DNA from: Pseudomonadota bacterium
GTDB lineage: Bacteria > Pseudomonadota > Alphaproteobacteria > Rhizobiales > CBDHHC01
Direction of reading: 5' to 3'
Assembly: GCA_039033475.1 (NCBI GenBank)
Contig: JBCCCO010000001.1
Span: 23,874 to 87,873, forward strand
Length of the DNA: 64,000 bases
This document shows positions 11,651 to 22,340 of the stretch, one piece after another (within the stretch, counting starts at the first letter, position 1; every line of letters begins with the position of its first letter). The position numbers and the translations under genes were made by a program. Below the pieces are notes generated by a model. It was given only the letters and a program-made list of their open reading frames with translations, was not told the origin of the DNA and did not search any database.

Positions 11651-13045
11651 ATGATGTCTATGGAAGTCTTAATGCCAGCCCTATCGCCAACTATGGAAGA
11701 GGGTAAACTCGCAAAGTGGCTCGTGAAAGAAGGTGATGATATTGCACCTGGAGACGTAATTGCGGAAATTGAAACCGATAAAGCGACAATGGAAGTTGAA
11801 GCGGTTGATGAGGGTAAAATTGGTCAGATCCTAATACAAGAAGGCACTGAAGGGGTTAAAGTTAATACCCCGATAGCTGTTATTGTAGAAGAGGGAGAAA
11901 GTGCATCTGATATAACAGCAACCACGCAATCAGATGCAAACGGACACGATAAATCTGCATCGCCTCAGGCCAATGGAGCTCACCCAGTTTCAAGCACTCA
12001 AGCCATCAATGTTGCCGAGCAAGCCCAAGCTGAGCCGGATGTTCCTGAAGGCACAGAAATGGTATCTACAACTGTGCGTGAAGCATTGCGCGATGCAATG
12101 GCAGAAGAGATGCGTGCTGATGACAAAGTTTTTGTCATGGGAGAAGAGGTCGCAGAGTATCAGGGTGCTTATAAAGTGACCCAAGGGTTGCTTGATGAAT
12201 TTGGTGACCGTAGGGTTATCGATACACCTATCACCGAACATGGATTTGCGGGCATTGGCACAGGAGCTGCCCTAGCTGGTTTGAAGCCTATTGTTGAGTT
12301 TATGACCTGGAATTTTGGTATGCAGGCCATTGACCAAATTATCAATTCAGCTGGAAAAACACTTTACATGTCGGGTGGTCAAATGGGCTGCCCGATTGTG
12401 TTTCGTGGCCCTAACGGAGCTGCTGCTCGTGTGGCGGCACAACATAGTCAATGTTATTCGGCCTGGTATGCCCATGTTCCTGGTTTGAAAGTTATTGCGC
12501 CATACTCAGCCGCTGATGCAAAGGGGTTGCTAAAGGCTGCTATTCGAGATCCAAACCCGATTGTGTTTTTGGAAAATGAATTGCTCTATGGTCAAAGCTT
12601 TGATGTGCCAAAAATAGAAGATTGGGTGTTACCAATTGGTAAAGCAAAGGTGGCAAGATCTGGTGATGATGTGACAATCGTCTCTTTCTTGATGGGGATG
12701 AAGTATTCTCTTGACGCCGCAGATGCACTAGCGAAAGAAGGCATTTCTGCTGAAGTGATTGATCTTAGAAGTTTGCGTCCGCTTGATATCCCAACAATTA
12801 TTGAGTCAGTTAAAAAGACAAATCGGCTAGTCACGGTTGAAGAAGCATGGCCCGTCTGTTCTGTGGGCTCTGAAATTTGCTCAAGAGTGGCTCATGAGGC
12901 ATTTGATTATCTGGACGCGCCTCCCACGAAAGTGACCGGTGAGGATGTGCCAATGCCGTATGCAGCAAATTTAGAAAAACTTGCCCTCCCTTCAGTGGAC
13001 AAAGTGGTCAATGCTGTGAAGTCTGTTCTCTATCGAGACAAATGA
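11651..13045 (+). CDS. pdhB: pyruvate dehydrogenase E1 component beta subunit with N-terminal lipoyl domain
   Basis: A lipoyl motif ([11 protein letters not shown]...[12 protein letters not shown]) and an Ala/Gln-rich linker precede the transketolase-like beta subunit. This architecture is known in alphaproteobacteria. The start is probably ATG 11651/11654. Confidence 0.95.
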   Translation: MMSMEVLMPALSPTMEEGKLAKWLVKEGDDIAPGDVIAEIETDKATMEVEAVDEGKIGQILIQEGTEGVKVNTPIAVIVEEGESASDITATTQSDANGHDKSASPQANGAHPVSSTQAINVAEQAQAEPDVPEGTEMVSTTVREALRDAMAEEMRADDKVFVMGEEVAEYQGAYKVTQGLLDEFGDRRVIDTPITEHGFAGIGTGAALAGLKPIVEFMTWNFGMQAIDQIINSAGKTLYMSGGQMGCPIVFRGPNGAAARVAAQHSQCYSAWYAHVPGLKVIAPYSAADAKGLLKAAIRDPNPIVFLENELLYGQSFDVPKIEDWVLPIGKAKVARSGDDVTIVSFLMGMKYSLDAADALAKEGISAEVIDLRSLRPLDIPTIIESVKKTNRLVTVEEAWPVCSVGSEICSRVAHEAFDYLDAPPTKVTGEDVPMPYAANLEKLALPSVDKVVNAVKSVLYRDK

Positions 13046-13078
13046 CCTCTTAAGAAAAAACGAAGGAATGAGATAAAA

Positions 13079-14431
13079 ATGCCAATAGCTATTTTAATGC
13101 CAGCCCTTTCGCCAACAATGGAAGAGGGCACCCTTGCCAAATGGCATGTGAAAGAAGGTGATACTGTTGAGCCTGGTGATGTCATTGCCGAGATTGAAAC
13201 CGATAAGGCCACCATGGAAGTTGAGGCCGTTGATGAAGGAAAAGTCGCCAAAATTTTGATCAATGAGGGGACCGCAGGTGTTGCCGTTAATGAAACGATT
13301 GCAGTTCTGTTGGAAGATGGTGAAGACAATGCAGACATTGATATTGCTGCATCCTCAAAACAAGGCGGTTCTTCAAGTTCACCCGCAGAAAACGCACCAA
13401 AAGTAAATGGGTCAAACGGTTCGAACGGCATCATCATCGAGCATGAGCCTTTACAGCCGCAGCAAAATGGAAATGGGGCAGGGCGTGTGTTTGCGAGTCC
13501 GCTAGCCAAACGTCTTGCTAAAAACAATGCTATAGATTTAAGCCTCTTAAAAGGGAGTGGCCCGAATGGCCGCATTGTTAAACTTGATATTGAAAAAGCC
13601 ATCAAAGAGGGGGTGCCATCTCAGGCTGCTTCAGGAGCTGGAAAGTCTCTTGTGTCATCACCTGGCACATCAGCCGCGCGTCCAATGTCTTCAGGTATGT
13701 CGGATGAACAAGTTCTGGCGCTTTATGAACCAGATTCTTATGATATTGTTCCACTGGATAATATGCGCAAGATTATCGCAACACGACTTGTGGAATCAAA
13801 GCAATCAATACCGCACTTTTATTTAACCATAGATTGTGAGCTTGATGCCTTGCTTGCTGCACGTAAGCGTATGAACGAAGCCTCACCTAAGGAAGGGCCA
13901 AATTTTTACAAGCTCTCGGTCAATGATTTTATCATTAAAGCTTTGGCGATGGCTTTGCAACAAGCGCCCGAAGCCAATGCCACCTGGACAGAAGGTGGTA
14001 TTCTCCGTCATAAACGATCTGATGTTGGTGTGGCTGTTGCGATTGAAGGTGGGCTGTTTACTCCTGTAGTGCGCCATGCAGATTTAAAAACACTCTCTGA
14101 GATTTCAAATGAAATGAAAGATTTGGCCGGTCGAGCACGCAAGAAACGGCTCGCCCCGCATGAATATCAGGGTGGCACAACATCGATTTCTAATCTTGGT
14201 ATGTTTGGGATTAAGCGTTTTGATGCGGTGATTAATCCTCCCCATGCGACTATTCTTTCAATCGGTGCCGGTGAAAAACGTCCTGTGATTAAAGGGGATG
14301 ATGTAAAGGTTGCGACTGTAATGTCTGTGACACTCTCATGTGACCACCGCGTGGTTGATGGTGCTCTCGGAGCTGAATTGCTACAGGCCTTTAAAGTCTT
14401 TATTGAAGAGCCGGTCACAATGCTGGTGTAA
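13079..14431 (+). CDS. pdhC: dihydrolipoamide acetyltransferase (PDH E2)
   Basis: It has a lipoyl domain, an E3-binding domain ([12 protein letters not shown]) and a catalytic domain containing DHRVVDGA. Confidence 0.95.
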   Translation: MPIAILMPALSPTMEEGTLAKWHVKEGDTVEPGDVIAEIETDKATMEVEAVDEGKVAKILINEGTAGVAVNETIAVLLEDGEDNADIDIAASSKQGGSSSSPAENAPKVNGSNGSNGIIIEHEPLQPQQNGNGAGRVFASPLAKRLAKNNAIDLSLLKGSGPNGRIVKLDIEKAIKEGVPSQAASGAGKSLVSSPGTSAARPMSSGMSDEQVLALYEPDSYDIVPLDNMRKIIATRLVESKQSIPHFYLTIDCELDALLAARKRMNEASPKEGPNFYKLSVNDFIIKALAMALQQAPEANATWTEGGILRHKRSDVGVAVAIEGGLFTPVVRHADLKTLSEISNEMKDLAGRARKKRLAPHEYQGGTTSISNLGMFGIKRFDAVINPPHATILSIGAGEKRPVIKGDDVKVATVMSVTLSCDHRVVDGALGAELLQAFKVFIEEPVTMLV

Positions 14432-14435
14432 CTCG

Positions 14436-14465
14436 CCGTCATTCCCGCGAAGACGGGACTAAGCC
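14436..14465. repeat. solo hairpin module of the GTCATTCC repeat family
   Basis: The sequence ccgtcattcccgcgaagacgggactaagcc lies immediately after the pdhC stop. It shares the gtcattcccgcg...cggga module with the copies at 8.5 and 40.7 kb. Confidence 0.5.
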
Positions 14466-14496
14466 AAAAATTAGTTTACTTGATAAGGAAATAAGA

Positions 14497-15903
14497 ATGA
14501 CAGAAACATCCTTCGATCTTGTTGTTATTGGCGGAGGCCCTGGGGGGTACGTGGCAGCTATACGAGGCGCACAATTGGGTATGAAGACCGCCGTTATCGA
14601 ACGCGAACACATGGGCGGTATATGCTTAAATTGGGGATGTATTCCAACCAAGGCGCTTCTGCGCTCTTCTGAAATCAATCATCTGTTGCATAATCTTGGG
14701 GATTACGGCTTTTCAGCGGATAACATCAAATTTGATATGGGCAAGATCGTAAAACGCTCGCGAAATGTTGCTAATAAATTATCAGGCGGTGTGAGCTACC
14801 TTATGAAAAAGAATAAGGTAAGTGTTATTGACGGCGCAGCCAAAATTAAAGCCAAAGGCGTGGTTGCGGTTACCGATAAAAATGGCAAAGCCCTTGATGA
14901 TATTAAAGCCAAGCATATTATTATAGCAACAGGAGCCAGGGCTCGCACATTGCCGGGGTTAGAGCCGGATGGCAAATTGGTGTGGACCTATAAAGAGGCA
15001 ATGGTTCCAGATGAAATGCCGAAATCTTTGCTTGTTGTTGGCTCTGGTGCGATTGGTATTGAATTTGCCAGTTTTTACCGTACGCTTGGCGCTGATGTGA
15101 ATGTGGTTGAGGTGATGGATCGCGTGTTGCCTGTTGAGGATGAAGAAATTTCGGCAATGGCCCGCAAAGCTTTCGAAAAACAGGGTATGAAAATCCATAC
15201 CGGCACAATGGTCGAAAAGCTTGAAAAAGGGGCAAACACTGTTACGGCAACATTAAAATTGGCCGATAACAAACGTGAGAATATTACTGTTGATCGGGTC
15301 ATTTTGGCGATTGGAATTACTGGAAATGTCGAAAACTTAGGCCTTGAAGATCTGGGTGTTAAAGTAGACCGGGGACATATCGTAATTGATGAATACTGCC
15401 GTACAGGTGTTGAAGGCGTATATGCCATAGGTGATGTGGCCGGTGCGCCATGGTTGGCACACAAAGCAAGTCACGAGGGCACTTTGTGCGTTGAAAAAAT
15501 TGCGGGTGTTGAGGGTGTGCATCCGATAGATACCTCGAACATTCCTGGCTGTACATACTGTTGGCCGCAAGTCGCTTCTGTGGGTCTGACTGAAAAAGCA
15601 GCGCAGGAAGCCGGGCATAAGGTCCGGGTAGGGCGCTTCCCATATCAAGGCAATGGCAAGGCAATCGCTCTTGGTGAACCAGAAGGCTTAATCAAAACGG
15701 TGTTTGATAAACAAAGCGGTGAGCTATTGGGCGCGCATATGATTGGCGCGGAAGTGACCGAGTTGATACAAGGATATGGCATTGCTAAGACATTAGAAAC
15801 TACAGAGCAAGAGCTGATGCATACGGTCTTCCCGCATCCGACACTTTCAGAAATGATGCATGAAAGTGTACTTGATGCCTATGATCGTGTAATCCATATA
15901 TAA
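14497..15903 (+). CDS. lpdA: dihydrolipoyl dehydrogenase (E3)
   Basis: It has the FAD motif VVIGGGPGGYVAA, the redox-active disulfide GGICLNWGCIPTK and the C-terminal HPTLSE motif. Confidence 0.95.
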   Translation: MTETSFDLVVIGGGPGGYVAAIRGAQLGMKTAVIEREHMGGICLNWGCIPTKALLRSSEINHLLHNLGDYGFSADNIKFDMGKIVKRSRNVANKLSGGVSYLMKKNKVSVIDGAAKIKAKGVVAVTDKNGKALDDIKAKHIIIATGARARTLPGLEPDGKLVWTYKEAMVPDEMPKSLLVVGSGAIGIEFASFYRTLGADVNVVEVMDRVLPVEDEEISAMARKAFEKQGMKIHTGTMVEKLEKGANTVTATLKLADNKRENITVDRVILAIGITGNVENLGLEDLGVKVDRGHIVIDEYCRTGVEGVYAIGDVAGAPWLAHKASHEGTLCVEKIAGVEGVHPIDTSNIPGCTYCWPQVASVGLTEKAAQEAGHKVRVGRFPYQGNGKAIALGEPEGLIKTVFDKQSGELLGAHMIGAEVTELIQGYGIAKTLETTEQELMHTVFPHPTLSEMMHESVLDAYDRVIHI

Positions 15904-15945
15904 CGTAATGGATTATTATAAAAAATTGAGTAAAATCCTTGGACT

Positions 15946-16929
15946 ATGGTTACATTAATTAACACACTCTCAGATGATCAAAGGCTTGCCCGCCAGCATC
16001 CACGTCCGCGCCACCCGGAAAAGGTGAACCGGGAAGAGACCCAATTGTTGCGCAAGCCAGACTGGATCCGCGTGAAAGCACCGGTCTCTAAGGTGTATCA
16101 TGAGACACGTAAGCTTATGCGGGATAATAATCTCGTCACCGTGTGTGAGGAAGCTGGGTGTCCAAACATTGGTGAGTGTTGGGATAAGAAACATGCCACC
16201 ATGATGATCATGGGGGATACATGTACCAGAGCGTGTGCGTTTTGTAATGTGCGCACCGGTTTGCCTGAGCCGCTTGACCCCAATGAGCCAGAAAACGTTG
16301 CCGATGCTGTTGCCAAGCTCGGGCTGAAGCATGTTGTGATTACTTCTGTTGATCGCGATGATTTGGCAGACGGTGGCGCACAGCATTTTGCTGATGTTAT
16401 AAGTGCAATTCGGTCCAAAACTCCGACCACAACAATTGAGATTTTAACGCCTGATTTCTTACGTAAAGAGGGGGCTTTAGAAATAGTCGTAGACGCCAAG
16501 CCGGATGTCTTCAATCATAACCTCGAGACGGTGCCATCAAAATATCTCACCATACGTCCAGGGGCTCGGTATTTTCACTCAATACGCTTATTGCAACGGG
16601 TGAAAGAACTTGATCCGTCATTGTTTACCAAGTCTGGCATCATGGTGGGCTTAGGAGAAGAGCGCAATGAAGTGTTACAGCTGATGGATGATTTGCGCAT
16701 TGCTGACGTTGATTTTTTGACAATCGGGCAATATTTGCAACCGACCCGAAAACATGCGGCGGTTGAGTCTTTCGTAACCCCTGACGAATTCAAGTCATAT
16801 GAGCGTGTTGCATATACAAAAGGGTTTTTGCTTGTATCTTCTAGCCCGCTGACCCGTTCGTCTTATCATGCGGATGAAGACTTCTTCCAATTGAGAAAAG
16901 CGCGTGAAGATACGCTCTCTAATAGATAG
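15946..16929 (+). CDS. lipA: lipoyl synthase
   Basis: It has the two Cys clusters [12 protein letters not shown] and [10 protein letters not shown]. Confidence 0.95.
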   Translation: MVTLINTLSDDQRLARQHPRPRHPEKVNREETQLLRKPDWIRVKAPVSKVYHETRKLMRDNNLVTVCEEAGCPNIGECWDKKHATMMIMGDTCTRACAFCNVRTGLPEPLDPNEPENVADAVAKLGLKHVVITSVDRDDLADGGAQHFADVISAIRSKTPTTTIEILTPDFLRKEGALEIVVDAKPDVFNHNLETVPSKYLTIRPGARYFHSIRLLQRVKELDPSLFTKSGIMVGLGEERNEVLQLMDDLRIADVDFLTIGQYLQPTRKHAAVESFVTPDEFKSYERVAYTKGFLLVSSSPLTRSSYHADEDFFQLRKAREDTLSNR

Positions 16930-16965
16930 TAGATCCTCGTCTTTATTCCGTATTATGATTTCCCC

Positions 16966-17418
16966 ATGCCAAATTTTCGTACAACGCGATCCGTAAATCA
17001 TTCAGCAAACAATATGTTTGACTTGGTTGCAGATGTGGAATCCTACCCGGAGTTTGTGCCCTTATGTCAGTCACTGTATGTACGTTCTCAGGAAGAAACT
17101 GATGATCAAACGGTTTTGCTTGCTGATATGACTGTGGCCTATAAGGTTCTTCGAGAGACCTTTACCAGCCGGGTGGTCTTGGATCGCGATGGGTTGAAGA
17201 TCACAACGCAAGCCGTTGAAGGGCCATTTCGCAATATGGAGAATAATTGGCAGTTCCGTGGATTAAGCGAAACTACATGCGATATTTCATTTTCACTCGA
17301 GTATGAGTTTCGCAGTTATGCCATTCAGCTGTTGGTGGGAGGGCTATTTGACAGGGCTTTTCGCAAATACGCCGATGCCTTTGAACAACGCGCAGATCAG
17401 GTTTACAGAAGGCCGTGA
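16966..17418 (+). CDS. ratA: SRPBCC/RatA (COQ10-like) family protein
   Basis: A 150 aa protein with a polyketide-cyclase/START-like pattern (VADVESYPEFVP). It is in the conserved position downstream of lipA. Confidence 0.7.
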   Translation: MPNFRTTRSVNHSANNMFDLVADVESYPEFVPLCQSLYVRSQEETDDQTVLLADMTVAYKVLRETFTSRVVLDRDGLKITTQAVEGPFRNMENNWQFRGLSETTCDISFSLEYEFRSYAIQLLVGGLFDRAFRKYADAFEQRADQVYRRP

Positions 17419-17462
17419 AGTAGCTTTATTACTTTACGGCTTATTTCTAATGTTGAATCGCG

Positions 17463-18020
17463 CTAGCGCACAATCACAATCTTTGTTTTGTATATGCCAA
17501 AGTCTTTAACTTTATCGAACAAAAGCGAAGCGTGTTCAGGATGCAAGCGAATGCAACCATGCGAAGCTGGTCGTCCTAAGTTGCGTATGTGATCTGTTCC
17601 GTGGATTGCATATCCGCCATGAAAGAAAATTGAATACGGCATTGGCGCATTATTATACTTTCTTGAGTACCATTGCTTGTGAAGGCGGACAGGGCGGTAT
17701 TTTCCTGTTGGGGTGCGATATCTTCCAATACCTGAAGACACTTTCCACTCATGCCAAAGGCTGTCGTTAATATAAACTGCCATTTTTTGCGTGGAGAGAT
17801 TTATTTTTGCAACCAAAGTGTTCTGTCCATTTGGACGTCTTTGATAATAGCCGCTCGGGGCATAAGATGCATTAAGCACTTTTCCTTGCACTTTGCTAAA
17901 ATCATTCAACCAATCATTTTGATCAAAAGCGATAGCGTTAGGCATAGAATGAGAAAGACCAAAGCCCAGAATCAAAAGCGGAATACTGAGCCGCTGGACA
18001 TTTTTTATGAATTCTAACAT
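17463..18020 (-). CDS. L,D-transpeptidase (YkuD domain), exported
   Basis: It has a signal peptide and the catalytic motif HGTDHIRNLGRPASHGCIRL. The start is probably ATG 18020. Confidence 0.85.
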   Translation of the reverse strand: MLEFIKNVQRLSIPLLILGFGLSHSMPNAIAFDQNDWLNDFSKVQGKVLNASYAPSGYYQRRPNGQNTLVAKINLSTQKMAVYINDSLWHEWKVSSGIGRYRTPTGKYRPVRLHKQWYSRKYNNAPMPYSIFFHGGYAIHGTDHIRNLGRPASHGCIRLHPEHASLLFDKVKDFGIYKTKIVIVR

Positions 18021-18161
18021 TTTACACAACCCTCAGGCGAAACAAAAAATACTAATAGAGTGTATTTTACATAATACACAGCATCTTTGTTTTCATAAAC
18101 AAGAAGGTTTAAAATTGTGTGATTTATTTTTTGAGTGTAGCAATAAAGATATAATTTTTTT

Positions 18162-18653
18162 CTAAAAATAGGCTTTTTTTAGTAATTTTAAACTTTCAGT
18201 AACTGTTGACAGCCGTATTTCATTTCGACCTATTGAGCCAAGGCGATACTCTTTATGAGAAATATTTCCATTTTTGTGAGCTGTTGCAATATGCACTAGT
18301 CCGATCGGTTTATCGTCACTGCCCCCTCCTGGTCCAGCGATACCGGTTACAGCAATCGAAATATCAGCCATGGAATTTTGCAGTGCACCTTGTGCCATTT
18401 CACAGGATACAGACTTGCTGACAGCGCCAAATCTTTCCAGAGTATTAATTGAAACATTGAGATGTTTTATTTTGGCTTGATTTGAGTAAGTGACAAACCC
18501 TCGTTCAAACACATCAGATGAGCCTGGTATTTCTGTGAGTAAAGCAGCAATTAATCCGCCTGTGCAAGATTCTGCTGTGACAATTTTGAGATGTTTTGCG
18601 CGGCATTCTAAGAGAGTGCTTTGCGCATGAGTTATGAGGTGTTCGGGGAACAT
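18162..18653 (-). CDS. CinA-family nicotinamide-nucleotide amidohydrolase domain protein
   Basis: It has TAESCTGGLIAALLTEIPGSS and TGIAGPGGG, typical of the CinA C-terminal (PncC) domain. Confidence 0.85.
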   Translation of the reverse strand: MFPEHLITHAQSTLLECRAKHLKIVTAESCTGGLIAALLTEIPGSSDVFERGFVTYSNQAKIKHLNVSINTLERFGAVSKSVSCEMAQGALQNSMADISIAVTGIAGPGGGSDDKPIGLVHIATAHKNGNISHKEYRLGSIGRNEIRLSTVTESLKLLKKAYF

Positions 18654-18662
18654 GGGCTGGTT

Positions 18663-19955
18663 CTATTCTATTGCATTCGGTGCTTTATGCATCTGCAATG
18701 ATACACTGACACTTGCCATGGCAGCAATGCCCTCACCACGTCCGGTAAACCCTAATCGCTCCGTTGTGGTTGCTTTTACGCTAATAGACGTAACAGGCAC
18801 CTCCATGATGTCAGCAAGACGTGTGCGCATCGCATCGCGATGAGGGCCGATTTTGGGGTGCTCGCAAATCAAGGTGATGTCAACGTTATGAACAATACCG
18901 TCATGTTTTTGTATTCGCTCCATAGCATCGCGTAAAAAAATATCAGATGAGGCTTCTTTCCATTGTGGATCTGATGGAGGAAAATGAGTGCCAATGTCCC
19001 CCTCTGCTATGGCACCAAGCAACGCATCTGTTAAGGCGTGAAGTCCAACATCAGCATCTGAATGGCCTGCGAGAGAATGTGTATGAGGTATCTTTACACC
19101 GCATAGTGTAACGTGTTGTTTTGTATTGTCTGTCGCTTTATTAAAAGCGTGAACATCAAAGCCAGAGCCTGCGTGAAAGATGCGTGACTGAGATTTGTGA
19201 AAAGACATTGGTTTTGCCTCTTGTTGTGTCTGCTGCAAATGCATTTCTGCCCAGATGAAGTCATCGGGTGTTGTAATCTTACGATTGCTTGGATCGCCAT
19301 CAATTACATTAACATCTAGTCCATACCATTCGGCAATAGAAGCATCATCTGTAAAATCATCCAAGCCAGATTGTGATGCCTGTTGATGAGCGGCAAGTAT
19401 TTTTTCGAAATGAAAGCATTGCGGGGTCTGTGCCTGCCAGAGGTTCGTTCGTGGAATTGTTTGGACAATTTTAAATGAGCTGTTTTTAGGTGCTGTGTTT
19501 TTGCTTTCGACATGCTTGAGTGTATTTGTGACTGGCAGAGCTGGTATAACGCCGCTATGCTTTTGCAAAGCTGCGATAAGATTTGTGATCAGTACGTCAG
19601 TGATAAAGGGCCGGGCAGCATCATGGATTAATATATTTTGAGGATGATATGAAGCAAGTGCTTGCAAGCCATTAAAGACAGAGGTTTGGCGTGTGGGGCC
19701 TCCAAAAATAGGTTCCATAATTTTATTGCTTTTAATGTGGCTAGTCTTAAAGTATAAGTCCTTGTCTTCGTTATGAATCACTACGCATACAGCGCTGATA
19801 TCATTATGATTAATAAAAGTGTTAACAGCATGCTCTAGCGCGCACATTTGTCCCAAATGCCGATATTGTTTAGGAGCTTTATTTTTTGATGTGTAGGCCC
19901 GAGTGCCTTGGCCAGCGGCCATGATGAGGGCTGCATTATTGAGGAGTTTTGACAA
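18663..19955 (-). CDS. ispDF: bifunctional 2-C-methyl-D-erythritol 4-phosphate cytidylyltransferase / MEcPP synthase
   Basis: The N-terminal IspD part has AAGQGTR and the C-terminal IspF part has GSGFDVHAF...GHSDADVGLHALTDALLGA. The frame begins with TTG. Confidence 0.92.
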   Translation of the reverse strand: MSKLLNNAALIMAAGQGTRAYTSKNKAPKQYRHLGQMCALEHAVNTFINHNDISAVCVVIHNEDKDLYFKTSHIKSNKIMEPIFGGPTRQTSVFNGLQALASYHPQNILIHDAARPFITDVLITNLIAALQKHSGVIPALPVTNTLKHVESKNTAPKNSSFKIVQTIPRTNLWQAQTPQCFHFEKILAAHQQASQSGLDDFTDDASIAEWYGLDVNVIDGDPSNRKITTPDDFIWAEMHLQQTQQEAKPMSFHKSQSRIFHAGSGFDVHAFNKATDNTKQHVTLCGVKIPHTHSLAGHSDADVGLHALTDALLGAIAEGDIGTHFPPSDPQWKEASSDIFLRDAMERIQKHDGIVHNVDITLICEHPKIGPHRDAMRTRLADIMEVPVTSISVKATTTERLGFTGRGEGIAAMASVSVSLQMHKAPNAIE

Positions 19956-20130
19956 AGTACAGGTCTCATCATGTGTTAAAATCTTAGATTTTATCTATAT
20001 GACTTTGTTATTTAAGGCAATAAATTTACTAAAATAGTGAGAAAAGTTAATTTTATTTGCAGAATTGTCTAAGAATAGTGCAGTATATATAAATGCATAT
20101 TTTTTAATCTTGAAGGGATGAAACATTCAG

Positions 20131-21150
20131 ATGCCGCGTTTATTGCAAAAGCGTAGATCATCTTTAACCATAGGGTCTGTTGAGCTGAGAAACACTGTTT
20201 TTATGGCTCCTATGTCCGGCATTACGGATTCACCTTTTAGAAAACTTGCTTACAAATTGGGGGCAGGTGTTGTTGTTACCGAAATGCTGGCTAGCAAGCA
20301 ATTGGCTGAGCATCATCCCGAAATCATGACCAAAACAGATCATGCAAACATTCACCCGTTTGTGATTCAGCTTGCAGGACGAGAAGCAAAATGGATGGCT
20401 GAAGGTGCGCGTGTATGCGAAGCGCTTGGTGCTGATATTATTGATATTAATATGGGGTGCCCGGCAAAACAAGTGACCAGTGGTCTATCTGGCTCCGCTC
20501 TGATGCGGGATCTGGATCATGCATTAACTTTAATTGATGCTGTGATTTCTAGTGTTGAACTTCCTGTCACCTTAAAAATGCGACTTGGTTGGGATGAGAA
20601 TAATATTAATGCGCCAGAGCTTGCAAAGCGTGCAGAAGCTGCGGGGGTCAAACTTGTAACTGTCCATGGCCGAACACGTTGTCAATTTTATAAAGGACAA
20701 GCAAATTGGCGACGTATCTCTGAAGTCAAAAAGTCCGTTCGCATTCCAGTTATTGCAAATGGTGATATCGTAGATTTGAACGATGTTTCACACATTTTGC
20801 GTGTATCTGGAGCAGATGGTGTTATGATAGGTCGCGGAGCATGTGGTACCCCGTGGTTTCCAGGTCAGGTGGCTCATTTTTTGCAAACGGGACGCCTTCT
20901 TGCTCCTATAAGTACTCAAGAGCAACGTTCGATCATTCAAGAACATTATGAGGACATGTTATTACATTATGGCAAGGGCGCAGGTGTGCGTAATGCCCGC
21001 AAGCACTTGGCCTGGTATTTGGAGAAAAGTGGGTTGAATATGTCAGAGGTCCGATATTGGCGTTCTAAAATCTGCCGTGAAGATGACCCGCAAAAGGTAA
21101 AAGTTATGATTAATGATTTTTATCGACAAGGATATGGTGTCGCGGCATGA
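20131..21150 (+). CDS. dusB: tRNA-dihydrouridine synthase B (NifR3)
   Basis: It has the Dus TIM-barrel motifs (APMSGITD, DINMGCPA, TVHGRTR). It is followed by ntrBC, as in other alphaproteobacteria. Confidence 0.9.
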   Translation: MPRLLQKRRSSLTIGSVELRNTVFMAPMSGITDSPFRKLAYKLGAGVVVTEMLASKQLAEHHPEIMTKTDHANIHPFVIQLAGREAKWMAEGARVCEALGADIIDINMGCPAKQVTSGLSGSALMRDLDHALTLIDAVISSVELPVTLKMRLGWDENNINAPELAKRAEAAGVKLVTVHGRTRCQFYKGQANWRRISEVKKSVRIPVIANGDIVDLNDVSHILRVSGADGVMIGRGACGTPWFPGQVAHFLQTGRLLAPISTQEQRSIIQEHYEDMLLHYGKGAGVRNARKHLAWYLEKSGLNMSEVRYWRSKICREDDPQKVKVMINDFYRQGYGVAA

Positions 21151-22301
21151 TAAGCGAGCATGGTGCAGACATTGTAGAGTTGGGGTCTAAAGCTTCAAGT
21201 GCTTTTGGCCACGCGGAGCGTGTTCTCAATGCTTTGCCTAATCCTGTAATGCTCATTAAGCTTGACAATACAATCGTCTTTGCCAATACCGCAACAGAGA
21301 CTTTTTTTCAAAGCAGTTGTAATATACTTTCGCGTCAAAAAATCACTGAAGTTGTCGCTTTTGATAGTCCTTTGATTGCATTGATAGATCAAGTGCGCAG
21401 GACAGGACTTTCTATTAATGAACAAAAAGTCGATATAAAGACTCCCTTCATGAAATATAACCACCTTACGGATATATTTTGTGGGGTGTTGCCTGAGGAC
21501 CCGTCTCTTATGATGGTCTTACTACGCGAGCGGTCTATGTCGCAAATGATAGAGAGGCATTTGACCCACAAAGTTGCGGCACGCTCTGTTTCAGGAATGG
21601 CTGCGGTACTTGCTCATGAAATTAAAAATCCCTTATCAGGAATTCGTGGAGCCGTGCAACTTTTGGAAAGCTCAATTGCTCCAGAGGAACGCTCGCTGAC
21701 AAAGCTGATTTACACTGAAATTGACCGTATTTGTACATTGGTTGATAAGATGGAAGTTTTTGGCGATAGACGTGCACAAAATTTTGCGCCAGTTAATATT
21801 CATGATGTTTTGGATCATGTGAGGCAGCTCGCAGTCAATGGATTTGCGCGTCATATTGAAATTCGGGAACATTATGACCCATCATTGCCAAGTGTTCCTG
21901 GTTGCCGGGACCAACTGATACAAGTGTTTTTAAATCTGATTAAGAATGCGGCAGAAGCAATTGGATTAGAGCGTCAAGATGGGGTTATTATTTTAACCAC
22001 AGCATTTCGCCCTGGTGTACGTTTATCTGTTCCGGGTTTGCCTCATAAAGTGAGCCTTCCTATGGAAATTCTTATAGAAGACAATGGGACAGGTATTTGT
22101 GAAAGCTTGAAACCGCATTTGTTTGAGCCTTTTATGACATCGAAAAAGACAAGCGCTGGTTTGGGTTTGGCTTTAGTTGCCAAAATTATTGATGATCATG
22201 GCGGGGTTATTGAGTGTGACACGTCTACAGCACATACTGTTTTTAGAGTTCTTATGCCAATTCTCAATAAAGCAGAAACACCGCATGAAAAGGTCAATTG
22301 A
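21147..22301 (+). CDS. ntrB: nitrogen regulation sensor histidine kinase NtrB
   Basis: It has a PAS region, the H-box LAHEIKNPLSGIRG, and N and G boxes (NLIKNAAEA, GLGLALV). It overlaps dusB by 4 nt. Confidence 0.88.
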   Translation: MISEHGADIVELGSKASSAFGHAERVLNALPNPVMLIKLDNTIVFANTATETFFQSSCNILSRQKITEVVAFDSPLIALIDQVRRTGLSINEQKVDIKTPFMKYNHLTDIFCGVLPEDPSLMMVLLRERSMSQMIERHLTHKVAARSVSGMAAVLAHEIKNPLSGIRGAVQLLESSIAPEERSLTKLIYTEIDRICTLVDKMEVFGDRRAQNFAPVNIHDVLDHVRQLAVNGFARHIEIREHYDPSLPSVPGCRDQLIQVFLNLIKNAAEAIGLERQDGVIILTTAFRPGVRLSVPGLPHKVSLPMEILIEDNGTGICESLKPHLFEPFMTSKKTSAGLGLALVAKIIDDHGGVIECDTSTAHTVFRVLMPILNKAETPHEKVN

Positions 22302-22323
22302 TTCATAGGTCCTGAGCCTAAAG
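22302..22323 (+). repeat. short dispersed motif containing GTCCTGAGCC, copy 2
   Basis: The sequence ttcataggtcctgagcctaaag fills most of the 39-nt ntrB-ntrC spacer. A 19-nt stretch (ataggtcctgagcctaaag) is identical to 51012-51030. Confidence 0.5.
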
Positions 22324-22340
22324 AATGGGAGGCGCGTAAA

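Noticed and set aside
13030-13605. A 191-aa minus-strand ORF antisense to the 5' part of pdhC
   Set aside because: It lies entirely inside the well-supported pdhC gene. Its Ser/Ala/Pro-rich low-complexity translation is typical of an antisense frame of a lipoyl/linker region, and it has no recognisable motif.
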